IMG/VR virus record: IMGVR_UViG_2848843299_000006
DNA: 64,000 nucleotides
From: an uncultured virus (IMG/VR IMGVR_UViG_2848843299_000006)
Lineage: Duplodnaviria; Heunggongvirae; Uroviricota; Caudoviricetes
Reading direction: 5' to 3' (one strand)
Shown: positions 9,106-20,792 of the stretch, piece by piece
Layout of the letters: the number at the start of each line of letters is the position of its first letter
How positions within the stretch are numbered: position 1 is the first letter of the stretch
Made by a program: the position numbers and the translations under genes
The notes under the pieces: model-generated
What the model was told of the DNA's origin: nothing
What the model saw: the letters and a program-made list of their open reading frames with translations, nothing else
The model's database searches: none

Positions 9106-9724
9106 GCTTTAACTCCCTCACTTTCGCACGGTACTCATCGCGTATACGGATATAGTCTTCCCGCTTCCAGTGCGGTATCTCATGCGGACCGCGTAACCAG
9201 TCAACTAACTCCTGTCCAAATTTTTCAATCAGCCGTAACTCGTATTTCTGCGTTACAGTGTTATTTTTGTGTGAGAATTTACCGGCCCCCGCATTGCATG
9301 ATTTACATTGCTTATAGGCATTTCGCTCCTCAAACCGCAGCTCAGGATGTGACCCGACAGACAGAAAATGACCGCAGTCCCACTGCCCACCATGTAAATC
9401 AGGCGGATTAGGTTCACCACAGCTGATGCATGGTTCATCGCGGTCTCAGAGTCTGATGAATTGGTTAAACGCTGTTTGTGCTTGCTGCCGGAAATATGAG
9501 GTAGGTTTTACTGCTAACTTGCGGATTTTTAATTTATCTTTTGCTTCACGTTCTTTTTGCTGCTGCTCCTTTCTTAATTTGGCTTCAGCCTTTTCCCTTT
9601 CCCTGCTTCGTCGCTTTATTGCCAACTCAGCACCATGCTCCGGACAGCACCACCATTCGTTACTAAACTTCGGGTGAAACCAGTCGCGGCATATCAGGCA
9701 TTTTCGCCTTGGCCACTTCACCAT
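9095..9724 (-). pseudogene. ninG: NinG (Rap) endonuclease with internal TGA
   Basis: CxxC motifs, [24 protein letters not shown] at 9446-9448 where the copy at 51 kb has AGA. Confidence 0.88.
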
Positions 9725-9833
9725 ACTCCTCCTTCAGTTCGATAAATATATGATTGCAAAAAACTTCGATTAACGGCGATAAAGTGTTCTACTATTAATG
9801 ATGAGATGTTAATTCTTCATAAAGGAGTTGGTT

Positions 9834-10277
9834 ATGCATAAAGTTATTCTTGTACCTATAGACCTAAATCATAACTATTTGACCGACAAGGTTATTTCTG
9901 AAATCAATGAATTCTCAGTAAATAAAAATACACATTTTTATTTCTTGACTGTCATTTCCCCCGCCGAAAAATATAATGAGTATGGTGTTGGATACCCGAT
10001 GATCACTGAAGATACAAAATTCGAAGATGAAACATCTAAGACCATTGAAAAAGAACTAAAAGAAGTTGTAAGTAAATTCGGTATCCCCGATAACCAGGTA
10101 TCCCTGCTCGTTAAGATTGGTAGTGCTGCCGACATCATAATCGACGTATCTCAACAGATTAAAGCTGACCTTATTATTATTGGCTCCCGCAATCCAAGCT
10201 TTAAAACACATATCCTTGGTTCAACTGCTTCATCGTTAGCACATTACGCAAAAACATCCGTATTTATAGTAAGATAA
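9834..10277 (+). CDS. Universal stress protein (UspF/UspG-like)
   Basis: ILVPID..ADLIIIGSR..LGSTASSLAHYAKTSVFIVR. Confidence 0.9.
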   Translation: MHKVILVPIDLNHNYLTDKVISEINEFSVNKNTHFYFLTVISPAEKYNEYGVGYPMITEDTKFEDETSKTIEKELKEVVSKFGIPDNQVSLLVKIGSAADIIIDVSQQIKADLIIIGSRNPSFKTHILGSTASSLAHYAKTSVFIVR

Positions 10278-10304
10278 CGCATGTTACGCTGCGGGAAACT
10301 GTCT

Positions 10305-10633
10305 TTATAAACAGCGCACTTCCCGCAGCATTGCGTCCATCCTGGTTATAATCGACTGTCCGAAACCCGGCTCAATGTATGCTTTGCTGACCACCTTTCC
10401 GCAAAATTCGATTCGCTTTCTCTCACTCTGCTCACCACCCGGCATTAACTCACCACGGGAATCACGAACGTAGCGATACAGCCTGGTGACAGCATTTTGT
10501 TGGTAAACCACTTAATGAACTCTGTCGAGTTTCCTGTGCGCAGTCCGGCCTCGTGATTGGTGAACGAATCCAGATCGCGACATGCCCTGATTATGTCAAC
10601 ACATACTTTGAATTGTTCGTCATTCATCGCCAC
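10305..10633 (-). pseudogene. Hypothetical nin-region gene with 82 bp deletion
   Basis: Homolog of 52437-52892; segment between ACAGCAT repeats (52666 and 52748) is missing. Confidence 0.8.
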
Positions 10634-10670
10634 ATCCTGTTAATCATTGCCCGTAGTGTTGGTTTCAGAT

Positions 10671-11526
<856 letters not shown>

Positions 11527-11563
11527 ACTCCTACCCATAGCGATACACTCATCATCATCCAGC

Positions 11564-11656
11564 GCCCTGAACGCATTTCAGGATAGTCAGGCTCTAACAG
11601 GCAAAGATGGCATCCTGTCCCTGCTGACCGAGGTCGCCCTCGCTGCCAAACCCAAC
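11564..11656 (+). pseudogene. IS256-family transposase N-terminal relic
   Basis: Reads ALNAFQDSQALTGKDGILSLLTEVALAAKP, resembling enterobacterial IS256 N-termini (QALTGKDGIL..LTEAALAAE). Confidence 0.55.
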
Positions 11657-12197
11657 CTTTGACTTGAGATTTTCGTGCCATTCAATATCGTGATTTTTTA
11701 ACTATCTCCCTGTATTGGGGCTTTTATAAAAACAACCATCTCAACGAACATATTCTGCCTTTGATAACATGCTAAATCCTAAAAATTATGAGGTTATAGT
11801 CGCTTTAAACCCTATGATTTAAACCAAAACTCACCCTATTTTTCTAATCTTAGCTGAGTGTTCCCTCGGATACGTCCAACAAGTCCCAACGGAGCGTTTT
11901 TATATGCCTAGATTATACATTTTGTACAGTTATATTTTATTGTTCAAGTGAAGAAATTATCTGACTTAATAAAAGAATTGAGCACCAATCACAAATTTGG
12001 TACGAAGTATATGATGTTCTTGTGAGTGATATTCACTCCAATCAACAACAATAAAACACAATGAAAGGACTTTAGTCAGCATCGCTGATGACATTACGAA
12101 AGATATCAGAAATTTCTTATGAAGAGCTTTATTACCGTGTATGTAATCAAAAAAAATTGCGCCACAACAGCTCACCCTATTTAGAAGTGAATTTATA

Positions 12198-13241
12198 TCA
12201 TTGGTAAGAAAATGTTATTGTTGACAGTGCATATACTGTTCCCGGATTAATATTACCACGCCTAATATAATTTACAGTTAAATTCACTGCGGGCGATAAC
12301 TCACCCCTATATTGTGATACCTTCCATTGATTGATATTTCCCTTAACTGCGGAATCAGGCCCAAAGTTTAACGCCTCAGAACTCCCATTCTTATACAAAC
12401 GAAGACCAATACCTTTAGCTGAGGATGTTTCACTCAAGGAAAGTATAGTACTATAATTAGCAGGATTTGTTGTATCCGTCAGTGTCGCAAAAACATCAAT
12501 ATCACTTTGGCAGTATAACTGTAACTTTACGGAACCGCCAAATACCTCAGAGTTCACGTCAGGGAATTGGTTTTTATATACAGCCTGCAAAGGAACAGTA
12601 TAGTTACGCTGAGATAAATTACAAGTCTTTGAATTAACCTCAATATTAAAACTATTTAAGATAATATCAGAGACGCCACCTAAACTATTAACTCCATTAT
12701 TCGATGATACAATTGAAAATTCACCAACCTTTATTGGAGGAACCCTTATAATACCTATAGGATATCTATCCATAGCAATAACACCAATCTTTATTGATGC
12801 ACCAACACGTGGAATTAGATACATATGATCATAATTTGGTACGACATTTATTTTATTATTCCCAGTCATTGGTATTCCGCCAACAAATCCGCCTTCCTGG
12901 CTATCAGCAATAGTAAATGTCATCCCCACGTGAGGAATACCAATATCATAAACATCCTGACCATTATATTGCCCCATAACAGGTCTCATGATTCTCGCCT
13001 GTTCTCTCATATAATAAGGCCAACAATAGTCAAATAGCACATTCTCACTGTAATAAGTTGAACTACCTATTTGAATTGGATATGTTACAGAATCGATAGG
13101 TATATTAATATTTTCAACATTTATATTCGGTGTAAGAATAAAATGTTTAGGTGTTCCATTACAAAAACTGGCAGCATAAGATAGGGGCATATAGAAAACA
13201 TATACTAAAAATAAACTTATCTTCAATCTCATCATTATCAT
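12198..13241 (-). CDS. Fimbrial tip adhesin (F17G/UcaD-like), divergent from operon
   Basis: Signal peptide; C-terminal pilin domain ATLTD.TNPAN..GIGL..YKN..FGPDS..NQW..TITFSYQ shared with 18239-19276. Confidence 0.85.
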   Translation of the reverse strand: MIMMRLKISLFLVYVFYMPLSYAASFCNGTPKHFILTPNINVENINIPIDSVTYPIQIGSSTYYSENVLFDYCWPYYMREQARIMRPVMGQYNGQDVYDIGIPHVGMTFTIADSQEGGFVGGIPMTGNNKINVVPNYDHMYLIPRVGASIKIGVIAMDRYPIGIIRVPPIKVGEFSIVSSNNGVNSLGGVSDIILNSFNIEVNSKTCNLSQRNYTVPLQAVYKNQFPDVNSEVFGGSVKLQLYCQSDIDVFATLTDTTNPANYSTILSLSETSSAKGIGLRLYKNGSSEALNFGPDSAVKGNINQWKVSQYRGELSPAVNLTVNYIRRGNINPGTVYALSTITFSYQ

Positions 13242-13909
13242 TACTAACCTCCTTTTTAATCTGGGTCACCTGTTTAGCTATATAGTCCTGCATTGATTAT
13301 TAATTAATTACTATTTAGTTTTAGAAGTAAACTAAGATAAATCTCATTTTTATCATCACTAATTCATTGAATAGATCATTTTGAATAAAAATAGGCATGT
13401 TATAAAAAAGTGATCCGCTATATATTTGATACCATTTTTTCCCATATCAAAACACAAGTCGACAATCAAAAAAACCAACAAAAAGCAGAAAAGCAGATAT
13501 TGACTCTAAAAATACGCTCAAAATAAGTGATTTTCAAATGAAAAAATATAATTAACATATATTAAACATTTAAAATAAAAGTAGATTTCTATCCGTCACA
13601 TAACCCACTGGTAAAACATGAGTTTCATCCCCACTCTTTAACTTAACATATTCGACACCATTTTAACAATTACGATCGTTAAAATCGATCGATTTACACC
13701 GTATCGATTGCCAAAAACTATCAATTAAGTAATAACCCATCGGAATAAACATTTTGTGCGTTTTTTTAAAAAGACATAACATTTAGTTACAAAGCAAATT
13801 AATTTTACTTATTGAAAGATTTTTTAATTAAACAATTCGCCTTTTATGATGAATAATCGTTGCAATGTTTTGTTAACTTTAAACAAAAAGGCTTTTCAGA
13901 GGGTTGATT

Positions 13910-14455
13910 ATGCAAAAGTGTTATATCGCTTCAGGTATTATATCTATGCTGTTTTCAGGTTCTGTCATGGCATATGACGGTACTATTAACTTTATTGGTA
14001 AAGTTGTTGACCAGACATGTTCGGTTAAGTCAGGAAGCGATAACCTGACCGTAACACTACCAACCGTGTCAAAAACTGCATTAGCAACACCTGCAAAGAC
14101 GGCCGCCCTGACACCATTTGTAATTGAACTTTCCGGATGCAATCCTGCCGCTGCAGAAGGAGCAAAAAAAGTCAAAGCTTATTTCGAACCTAATGCAACC
14201 ACTGATGCAACTACTGGCAATCTGAATATTGAACCCGGAGCTGGTAAAGCAACAGGTGTTCAAATTCAGTTACTCAATGCTGATGGTTCAACACCTATCA
14301 AATTAGGAAAAGATGTCGCAGCGCAAGGGGTAACTGCAGCCAATATTAGTGCCGCAGATGTTAAATTAACTTATAACACCCAATATTATGCAACAGCAGC
14401 CGCAACTCCGGGAGATGTTAAAGCAACAGTAAATTACACAATTTCCTACGAATAA
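13910..14455 (+). CDS. ucaA: Major fimbrial subunit, F17A/UcaA family
   Basis: YDGTINF.GKVVDQTCSV..LPTV..LTPF.I.L.GC..VKAYFEP..QYYAT..GDVKATV.YTI.YE. Confidence 0.85.
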   Translation: MQKCYIASGIISMLFSGSVMAYDGTINFIGKVVDQTCSVKSGSDNLTVTLPTVSKTALATPAKTAALTPFVIELSGCNPAAAEGAKKVKAYFEPNATTDATTGNLNIEPGAGKATGVQIQLLNADGSTPIKLGKDVAAQGVTAANISAADVKLTYNTQYYATAAATPGDVKATVNYTISYE

Positions 14456-14514
14456 TAACAACCCTTAAAATATTACAGGCAGGGATGCCAGCTTATCTTC
14501 GGAAGTCAACTATT

Positions 14515-15246
14515 ATGAAAATAACATCTTGCTTATTGTTCGTTTTTTTGGCTATCACCTCATCATCAAATGCCAGTGTTATTATTATGGGAACGCGTGT
14601 TATTTATCCCGCACAGCAAAAAAGCATCAATATTCAGCTAAGTAATAATGAAGCGGAACCTTCACTCATCCAATCCTGGATTGATACAGGTGATTCAGAA
14701 AGTGCTCCGGATTCTGTTAAAGTTCCATTTATTATTAATCCGCCCGTATTTCGTATAGAGCCAAAATCAGGACAGACATTAAGAATAACCTATACTCAGG
14801 AAAAACTACCGAATAATAAAGAGTCTCTATTTTATCTTAATGTATTAGATATACCAGCCAAGCCTAAATTTGATAAAGATACAAAATCAGAAAACAACAA
14901 TTATCTTCAATTAGCTATTCGAAGTCGCATTAAGTTTTTTTTCCGACCCAGCAATCTTAAATTATCACCTTTAGATGCCTATAAAAAAGTCACCTGGTCA
15001 TTAGAGCAGGATTCATCTCAAACTTTTATCAAGGCCGAAAATAATACTCCGTATTTCATTACCTATAACAATATAGTTATTACATTGACGGAGAAAAGAT
15101 ATTCAGTCGAATCTCCGGGGATGGTTGCTCCCTTTACATCAATTAAATTCCCTCTTAAAAATATGTTATTTAATGCAGATAAAGTAACGTGGACAGTTAT
15201 CAATGATTATGGTGGTTACCAAAAAGGTGAGTCTGTACTGAAGTGA
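14515..15246 (+). CDS. ucaB: Fimbrial periplasmic chaperone
   Basis: GTRVIYP..LIQSWID..PPVFRIEP..ESLFYLNVLDIP..RIKFFFRP. Confidence 0.9.
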   Translation: MKITSCLLFVFLAITSSSNASVIIMGTRVIYPAQQKSINIQLSNNEAEPSLIQSWIDTGDSESAPDSVKVPFIINPPVFRIEPKSGQTLRITYTQEKLPNNKESLFYLNVLDIPAKPKFDKDTKSENNNYLQLAIRSRIKFFFRPSNLKLSPLDAYKKVTWSLEQDSSQTFIKAENNTPYFITYNNIVITLTEKRYSVESPGMVAPFTSIKFPLKNMLFNADKVTWTVINDYGGYQKGESVLK

Positions 15247-15267
15247 ATTCAAAAAGGGAGCGTTTTT

Positions 15268-17865
15268 GTGAAAAAAAACTTTGCTTACAGGAAAAATAAC
15301 TGCTTTCCCCTATCGCTATTTTTAGCTTACATCTATTTAATATTCTGGGCGGTACCTTATGATGTTTATGCGTCACAATCCGATGAAGCAGAATTTGATT
15401 CCAGCTTTTTACAACATGCTCAGGGAAGACCAATAATTGATGTAAGGCGCTTTAGTTATAATAACCCCATCCCTGCAGGTCAATATTATTCTGATATTTA
15501 CCTCAACGGAGAAAAAAAAGGCCAAACTAATTTATATTTTTCCGATACTTCTAAATCAGGTTCGGCGACACTTTGTGCCACACCGGAATTTATTTCAACT
15601 CTCGATTTAACCGCAGATATATTAAAAGAATATGAAAACAAAAAAATAACCAAAGATAATTGTATTGCTATTAATCAAATAATTCCTTTAGCAAAGACAC
15701 ATTTCAAGTTATCAACTCTTCGTCTTGATGTCGAGATCCCACAGGCTTTAATAGCACAGCGTCCCAGAGGTTACATTTCACCTAACCAGTGGCAATCAGG
15801 TGTCCCGGCTGCTTTTGTTAAATATGATGTAAATCATTATCAATACCGTTCTTCAGGCACAGAAAACCGCCAAACGTATTTAGGCTTCAGAACTGGATTT
15901 AATTTCGCTGGCTGGGCATTCAGACATCGTGGAAATGAAAGCTGGAGTAATGGTGATGCTTCCGGCTATCGCAGTATTGAAACCAATCTTCAGCACGATA
16001 TTCCGATGTTACGGGGGCAATTGACGCTTGGCGATTTCACCACCAGCGGACAACTTACAGATAGTATCAGTTTACGGGGTATGCAGTTAGCTTCTGACGA
16101 CAGAATGCTACCAAGCTCACAGCGGGGTTATGCACCTGTAGTTCAGGGCATTGCAAATAATAATGCCAGAGTTACTGTCTGGCAAAATGGTAATATTATC
16201 TATGAAACAACTGTACCCGGCGGCCCTTTCACTATTAATGACCTCTACCCCAGCGGATATGGCGGGGATTTGACCGTCCAGGTAACAGAGTCGAATGGGC
16301 AAGTACGCTCCTTCACCGTACCATTTGCGTCTGTCGCACAGCTGGTGCGCCCCGGTTATGCACGCTACCAATTAGCAATAGGTCGCTATCGTTACAGTAA
16401 TGAAACTATCGATGATGTTATTTTCCAGGGAACACTTCAATATGGGTTATTTAATGACATTACATTAAATAGCGGTTTAACTACGGCGCCGCACTATACT
16501 GCCGGATTAATCGGACTTGCATTCAACACCCCCTATGGTGCGATTGCATCTGATATTACCCTTTCAGATGCAAAATTGACTAACTCAGATACCACACATA
16601 AAGGATATAGTCTGCATACCAGTTATAATATTAGTGTTCCGGAAACCAGTACAAATATAACTTTAGCTGCTTACCGTTATTCCTCAAAAGATTATTACAG
16701 TCTTCGTGATATTATGTGGGCTAATAATACATCTTATATTGATAATACTACTATTAAATATACTAGTTATCGTCCCAGAAATCAGTTTCAGCTATCCATA
16801 AATCAAAATATGGGGGAAAACAACGGGAACATTTATCTTGCCGGAACAACATACAGTTACTGGAACCAACTGAAGAACAGTAATGAGTACCAAATTGGAT
16901 ATAGTAATTTCTTTCGTCAGGTAAATTATCAACTCGGTTACTCAAAATCCCAAAACAATAATACAGGTCGTAGTGATGAGAGGGTTTATTTTAATTTTGC
17001 TATACCACTTGGTGATGGTCCGCAAACACCATTATTGTCAACAACATTAAACTATAATCAAAATGGAAATAACAGCGCCCAGACAGCCATTAGCGGTACA
17101 TTGGGCAGTAACAATCAATATTCATACGGAATATCTGCTAATACACAAAAAAATCACTCATCAGGTTATTCTGTAAACGGACGTTATCGTTCCCCGTTTG
17201 CAGTCTTGTCATCATCCGCAGGCAATGATAGTAATCATAACCGGCAATTTTCATTTGGTGCCTCAGGTGCAATTGTTATGCACCCATATGGCCTGACTCT
17301 AAGTAACGACCTGAGTGATACTTTCACCATTATTCATGCTAATGGTGCTAATGGAGCAGCCATTAACAATGCCCCCGGCAATCGATTAGATTATTGGGGA
17401 AACGGAATTATGCCTTATGTCACTCCTTATGCAATCAACCGAATTAGCATTGACCCCAGCGATTTACCTTTGAACGTTGAGTTATCTGCGACCGAACGTG
17501 AAGTCATTCCAAGAGCAAACAGTATTACCTTAGTAAATTTTACTACTAACACAGGAACAACGATGCTGTTTGATATCACTACTAATGATGGTTCATTTCC
17601 GCCAATGGCATCAGAAGCATTTAACGAAAAAGGTCAATCTGTCGGATATGTTGTACAGGGTGGACGATTATTCACTAAAGGATTGGCAGAAAAAGGAAGA
17701 CTGGAAATCGTGTGGGGCACAAATAATACTGAAAAATGTACATTCGATTATAAAACACAGATAAAACCATCAAGTTATATACCTGACATCCAACCCGTCA
17801 CATGCATAAAAAATGATGACACCACTATTTCCACCAATAAAAAACAACCGGGCCTTATGTATTGA
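15268..17865 (+). CDS. ucaC: Fimbrial outer-membrane usher
   Basis: 865 aa; EFDSSFL, G.QLASDDRMLP, GPFTINDLYP motifs. Confidence 0.93.
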   Translation: MKKNFAYRKNNCFPLSLFLAYIYLIFWAVPYDVYASQSDEAEFDSSFLQHAQGRPIIDVRRFSYNNPIPAGQYYSDIYLNGEKKGQTNLYFSDTSKSGSATLCATPEFISTLDLTADILKEYENKKITKDNCIAINQIIPLAKTHFKLSTLRLDVEIPQALIAQRPRGYISPNQWQSGVPAAFVKYDVNHYQYRSSGTENRQTYLGFRTGFNFAGWAFRHRGNESWSNGDASGYRSIETNLQHDIPMLRGQLTLGDFTTSGQLTDSISLRGMQLASDDRMLPSSQRGYAPVVQGIANNNARVTVWQNGNIIYETTVPGGPFTINDLYPSGYGGDLTVQVTESNGQVRSFTVPFASVAQLVRPGYARYQLAIGRYRYSNETIDDVIFQGTLQYGLFNDITLNSGLTTAPHYTAGLIGLAFNTPYGAIASDITLSDAKLTNSDTTHKGYSLHTSYNISVPETSTNITLAAYRYSSKDYYSLRDIMWANNTSYIDNTTIKYTSYRPRNQFQLSINQNMGENNGNIYLAGTTYSYWNQLKNSNEYQIGYSNFFRQVNYQLGYSKSQNNNTGRSDERVYFNFAIPLGDGPQTPLLSTTLNYNQNGNNSAQTAISGTLGSNNQYSYGISANTQKNHSSGYSVNGRYRSPFAVLSSSAGNDSNHNRQFSFGASGAIVMHPYGLTLSNDLSDTFTIIHANGANGAAINNAPGNRLDYWGNGIMPYVTPYAINRISIDPSDLPLNVELSATEREVIPRANSITLVNFTTNTGTTMLFDITTNDGSFPPMASEAFNEKGQSVGYVVQGGRLFTKGLAEKGRLEIVWGTNNTEKCTFDYKTQIKPSSYIPDIQPVTCIKNDDTTISTNKKQPGLMY

Positions 17866-17918
17866 ATCAACATCATAAGAAATCGACAACCTTACTTACA
17901 CATGGCTTTTGAACTATT

Positions 17919-18167
17919 ATGACTAATAAAAATATTTATATAAGCGCCCAAGTAGGACATAGAATTCGGGTAATAAGAAAATCTCTCAGTATGTCAGGCA
18001 AACAACTGGCTCAGATTGTTGGCATCAGTCAACAACAAATATCTCGTTATGAAACAGGGAAAACCACAATAATGGTAGATACATTAGTTTATATTTCCAG
18101 AGCACTTAATGTCCCTGTCAGTGAATTATTACCACAACACTGTGATAATTTAAAAACAATAAGCTAA
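17919..18167 (+). CDS. ucaJ: MrpJ-type XRE HTH regulator
   Basis: VG.RIR..RK..SQQQISRYE.G; between usher and adhesin as in Proteus ucaABCJD. Confidence 0.82.
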   Translation: MTNKNIYISAQVGHRIRVIRKSLSMSGKQLAQIVGISQQQISRYETGKTTIMVDTLVYISRALNVPVSELLPQHCDNLKTIS

Positions 18168-18238
18168 CAGATATTCTTTTAAAAGGTGTTTTAATACAAA
18201 AAGATATTAAATCAATCGATAAACAGTGGAAAATATTT

Positions 18239-19276
18239 ATGATTTATACAGCCATGATTAAAGCACCCTATGTCAAATATATTATTTTTGTTACAGGGTT
18301 GGTTTCGTCTATTCAGGCATTTCCGATCGAATTTAATACACAGGATGTTGTTCTTGGTCTGGACGGAGGAAGTTATACTCGTCAATATTCAATGGATAAT
18401 GTTCCTTTCGTTTATGATACCGGAACAACAATAGGATTAAGGGATGCATATAAATTTCCTTATAAATCATCTTGGGCATGTGGAGGTCTTGATGCAAAAA
18501 TAGACTTGCCTGTTGTGGGTAACATTAACAGTCAAAGTATCTATAAACTGACAGATAATGTTGGCCTGATAATCTGGGCAGGAGATACCAATTTCGGTTC
18601 AGCAAAACCTATGAGCGGGAATAACTGGAGTGATGTTTTTCATCAATTTTGTTCCGGCAGCAGTCAGGGTTACTCAGTATATGTTAAACCAGTGATTCTG
18701 AAGCGCAGTACCACCGGACAATTCAATATTCCCTTTACGCCAATCGGCAGCATTCGGCTACGGGCAATGAATGGCAGTATTTTTACCGGTAAGACTGAGT
18801 TCAGATTCTCTTTGAATCATATGCTTATAAATAATGAAGCCCGTTCATGCACACTTCAGACTTCACCAAATATGGTAGTAACATTGCCAACGATATCAAT
18901 GGTATCACTACCACATACTGGGAATGAGACATTTGGGGGAGTAGCAGATATCCGGCTTAACTGTGAACCTGGTGTAATAGCCTATGCCACATTAACGGAT
19001 AATACAAACCCTGCAAACCGGGGAGATTTACTGACTCTGACAAAGGCATCAACAGCAACTGGTATTGGCCTTAAAATATATAAAAATAACGATGTGACTG
19101 CGCTAAAATTTGGCCCGGACTCACCGATAAAAAGGAATGAAAATCAGTGGCAATTGTCATCTGTCCCGGAAACGTCACCGACAGTACAGCTTAAAGTCAG
19201 ATATGTAAATACAGGCAGAAATATAACTCCGGGAACAGTCATCGGTATTGCAACAATCACATTCTCCTATCAATAA
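18239..19276 (+). CDS. ucaD: Fimbrial tip adhesin (F17G/UcaD family)
   Basis: Two-domain adhesin, IYKLTDNVGLIIWAGD lectin segment, pilin domain ending TITFSYQ. Confidence 0.82.
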   Translation: MIYTAMIKAPYVKYIIFVTGLVSSIQAFPIEFNTQDVVLGLDGGSYTRQYSMDNVPFVYDTGTTIGLRDAYKFPYKSSWACGGLDAKIDLPVVGNINSQSIYKLTDNVGLIIWAGDTNFGSAKPMSGNNWSDVFHQFCSGSSQGYSVYVKPVILKRSTTGQFNIPFTPIGSIRLRAMNGSIFTGKTEFRFSLNHMLINNEARSCTLQTSPNMVVTLPTISMVSLPHTGNETFGGVADIRLNCEPGVIAYATLTDNTNPANRGDLLTLTKASTATGIGLKIYKNNDVTALKFGPDSPIKRNENQWQLSSVPETSPTVQLKVRYVNTGRNITPGTVIGIATITFSYQ

Positions 19277-19281
19277 AAAGG

Positions 19282-19538
19282 CAGCCAGTTCACTCTGCTT
19301 CTCATTCCACACAGAGCCCTGCGGCATTTCCAAACGAACATCGAGGTGGATGGATTCCGGCAGATCACACAGTTTGCCGTCCTGATAGAAAACACGCTCA
19401 TCTTCCGGGGTGACGTCTTTCAGTCGCCAGTTCTGGAAATGTTCCGGCAAATGCGCATGCTGACGATGACAGATCAAACTACCGTCACTCTGCACCCTGT
19501 CATCGACGAAAACTAGCAAAAAGCCATTATTGTCTTTC
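19282..19538 (-). pseudogene. Relic copy of tail fibre C-terminus
   Basis: Diverged direct repeat of 22254-22519 (HRQHAHLPE.FQNWRLK.VTPE..DVR.EMPQGSVWN). Confidence 0.88.
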
Positions 19539-19918
19539 ATCCTTAGGGCAGTTAGTCTTATGACAAAGATTAGATCAATTTTACTATCTTCCGTTTTAAA
19601 AAAGGATAAGTGGCAACTCAATTCACTATTTTTATCCAAAAAATCTCCAGTATATTAATAAAGTATAGCGTCATTTTACCGTTATCTACCAAATGATTCT
19701 AACACTACTCGCAGCATCACTTCATATGGATTATTTTGTATACTGCACACTTGCTCTGCAATAGAAATATTTTTATGATTAAATAACATATTAAAAATAA
19801 CCACAAAATGAAAAATAAGATAAATCTTATTTGTAATTAAGATTGATCTTTTAAAATTATTCAGATAACACAAAGGGTCTTATTAATATTTCTAACTTAA
19901 TGTCATGTAAGGATATAT

Positions 19919-20254
19919 ATGAAATCACTGATCACCACCACCATGCTTAGCTTAGGGATTTTATTCTCCGGTTTCTCAACTGCGGCTGAAGGTGATGAAA
20001 TTACCAAAGTGTCTTATTCTTGTGAAAAGAATCAGGTAATGGAAGTTATCTATATCAATACAGCAAAAAATAGCTATGCCATCATCAATCAAATGAACGA
20101 AATGATCCCGATGAAAATAATGAAAATGGCCTCAGGAGCAAACTATGAAGCTATGAATAAAAATTATACATACAAACTTTATACAAAAGGTAATAAAGCA
20201 GATTTAGTTGAAGGAAATGATAAAGCTGTATTAATCGATTGTAATGCAGGTTGA
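19919..20254 (+). CDS. pliC: Periplasmic c-type lysozyme inhibitor PliC (MliC/PliC family)
   Basis: Signal peptide; QVMEVIY.NT..YAII.Q.NEMIPM..MKMASGANYEA..KNYTYKLYTKG. Confidence 0.88.
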   Translation: MKSLITTTMLSLGILFSGFSTAAEGDEITKVSYSCEKNQVMEVIYINTAKNSYAIINQMNEMIPMKIMKMASGANYEAMNKNYTYKLYTKGNKADLVEGNDKAVLIDCNAG

Positions 20255-20342
20255 TATAGATTTATATCTAAGCAAGGGGGACTGTATCCAGTCCCCACAT
20301 GACAACCAAAATAATTTTAATAACAAATTAAAAGAATATTGA

Positions 20343-20792
20343 TCAAAAACCGAACTCATTAAACATATCTTTACCAATAACATCATTATTGTGAGATTTG
20401 TTCATATCTTTTATTTGATCAATCAACCCCAAACTAGCCCCTACAGGTCCTTTAACACTAAAACCGACACTACTGGAGCGGCTATGGCTACGACTGTTAC
20501 TCTGAGTTTGACTTCTGCCATTGCAGTTGCTCTGACGAACAGTGGTTATACCATTAGCATGGTGTTCTCTTGCCTCACTTTCTATACAATCCCTGCTTGT
20601 CTGGGTATCACTATTTCCGGAGGAATAATTATCACTATTCGTGTGCCATTCGCTATATTGTCCTGTTGGGGCGATGATCCCCGCTAAAGTATCATATGTT
20701 GAGTACTGATGCGAAAGACCATTACAGGCACTTAATAGCATTGAACAAATGGAGATAAATGTTAATTTAATTAAAGTAGTTATATTCGTCAT
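20343..20792 (-). CDS. Hypothetical Ser-rich lipoprotein
   Basis: LLSAC lipobox. Confidence 0.65.
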   Translation of the reverse strand: MTNITTLIKLTFISICSMLLSACNGLSHQYSTYDTLAGIIAPTGQYSEWHTNSDNYSSGNSDTQTSRDCIESEAREHHANGITTVRQSNCNGRSQTQSNSRSHSRSSSVGFSVKGPVGASLGLIDQIKDMNKSHNNDVIGKDMFNEFGF

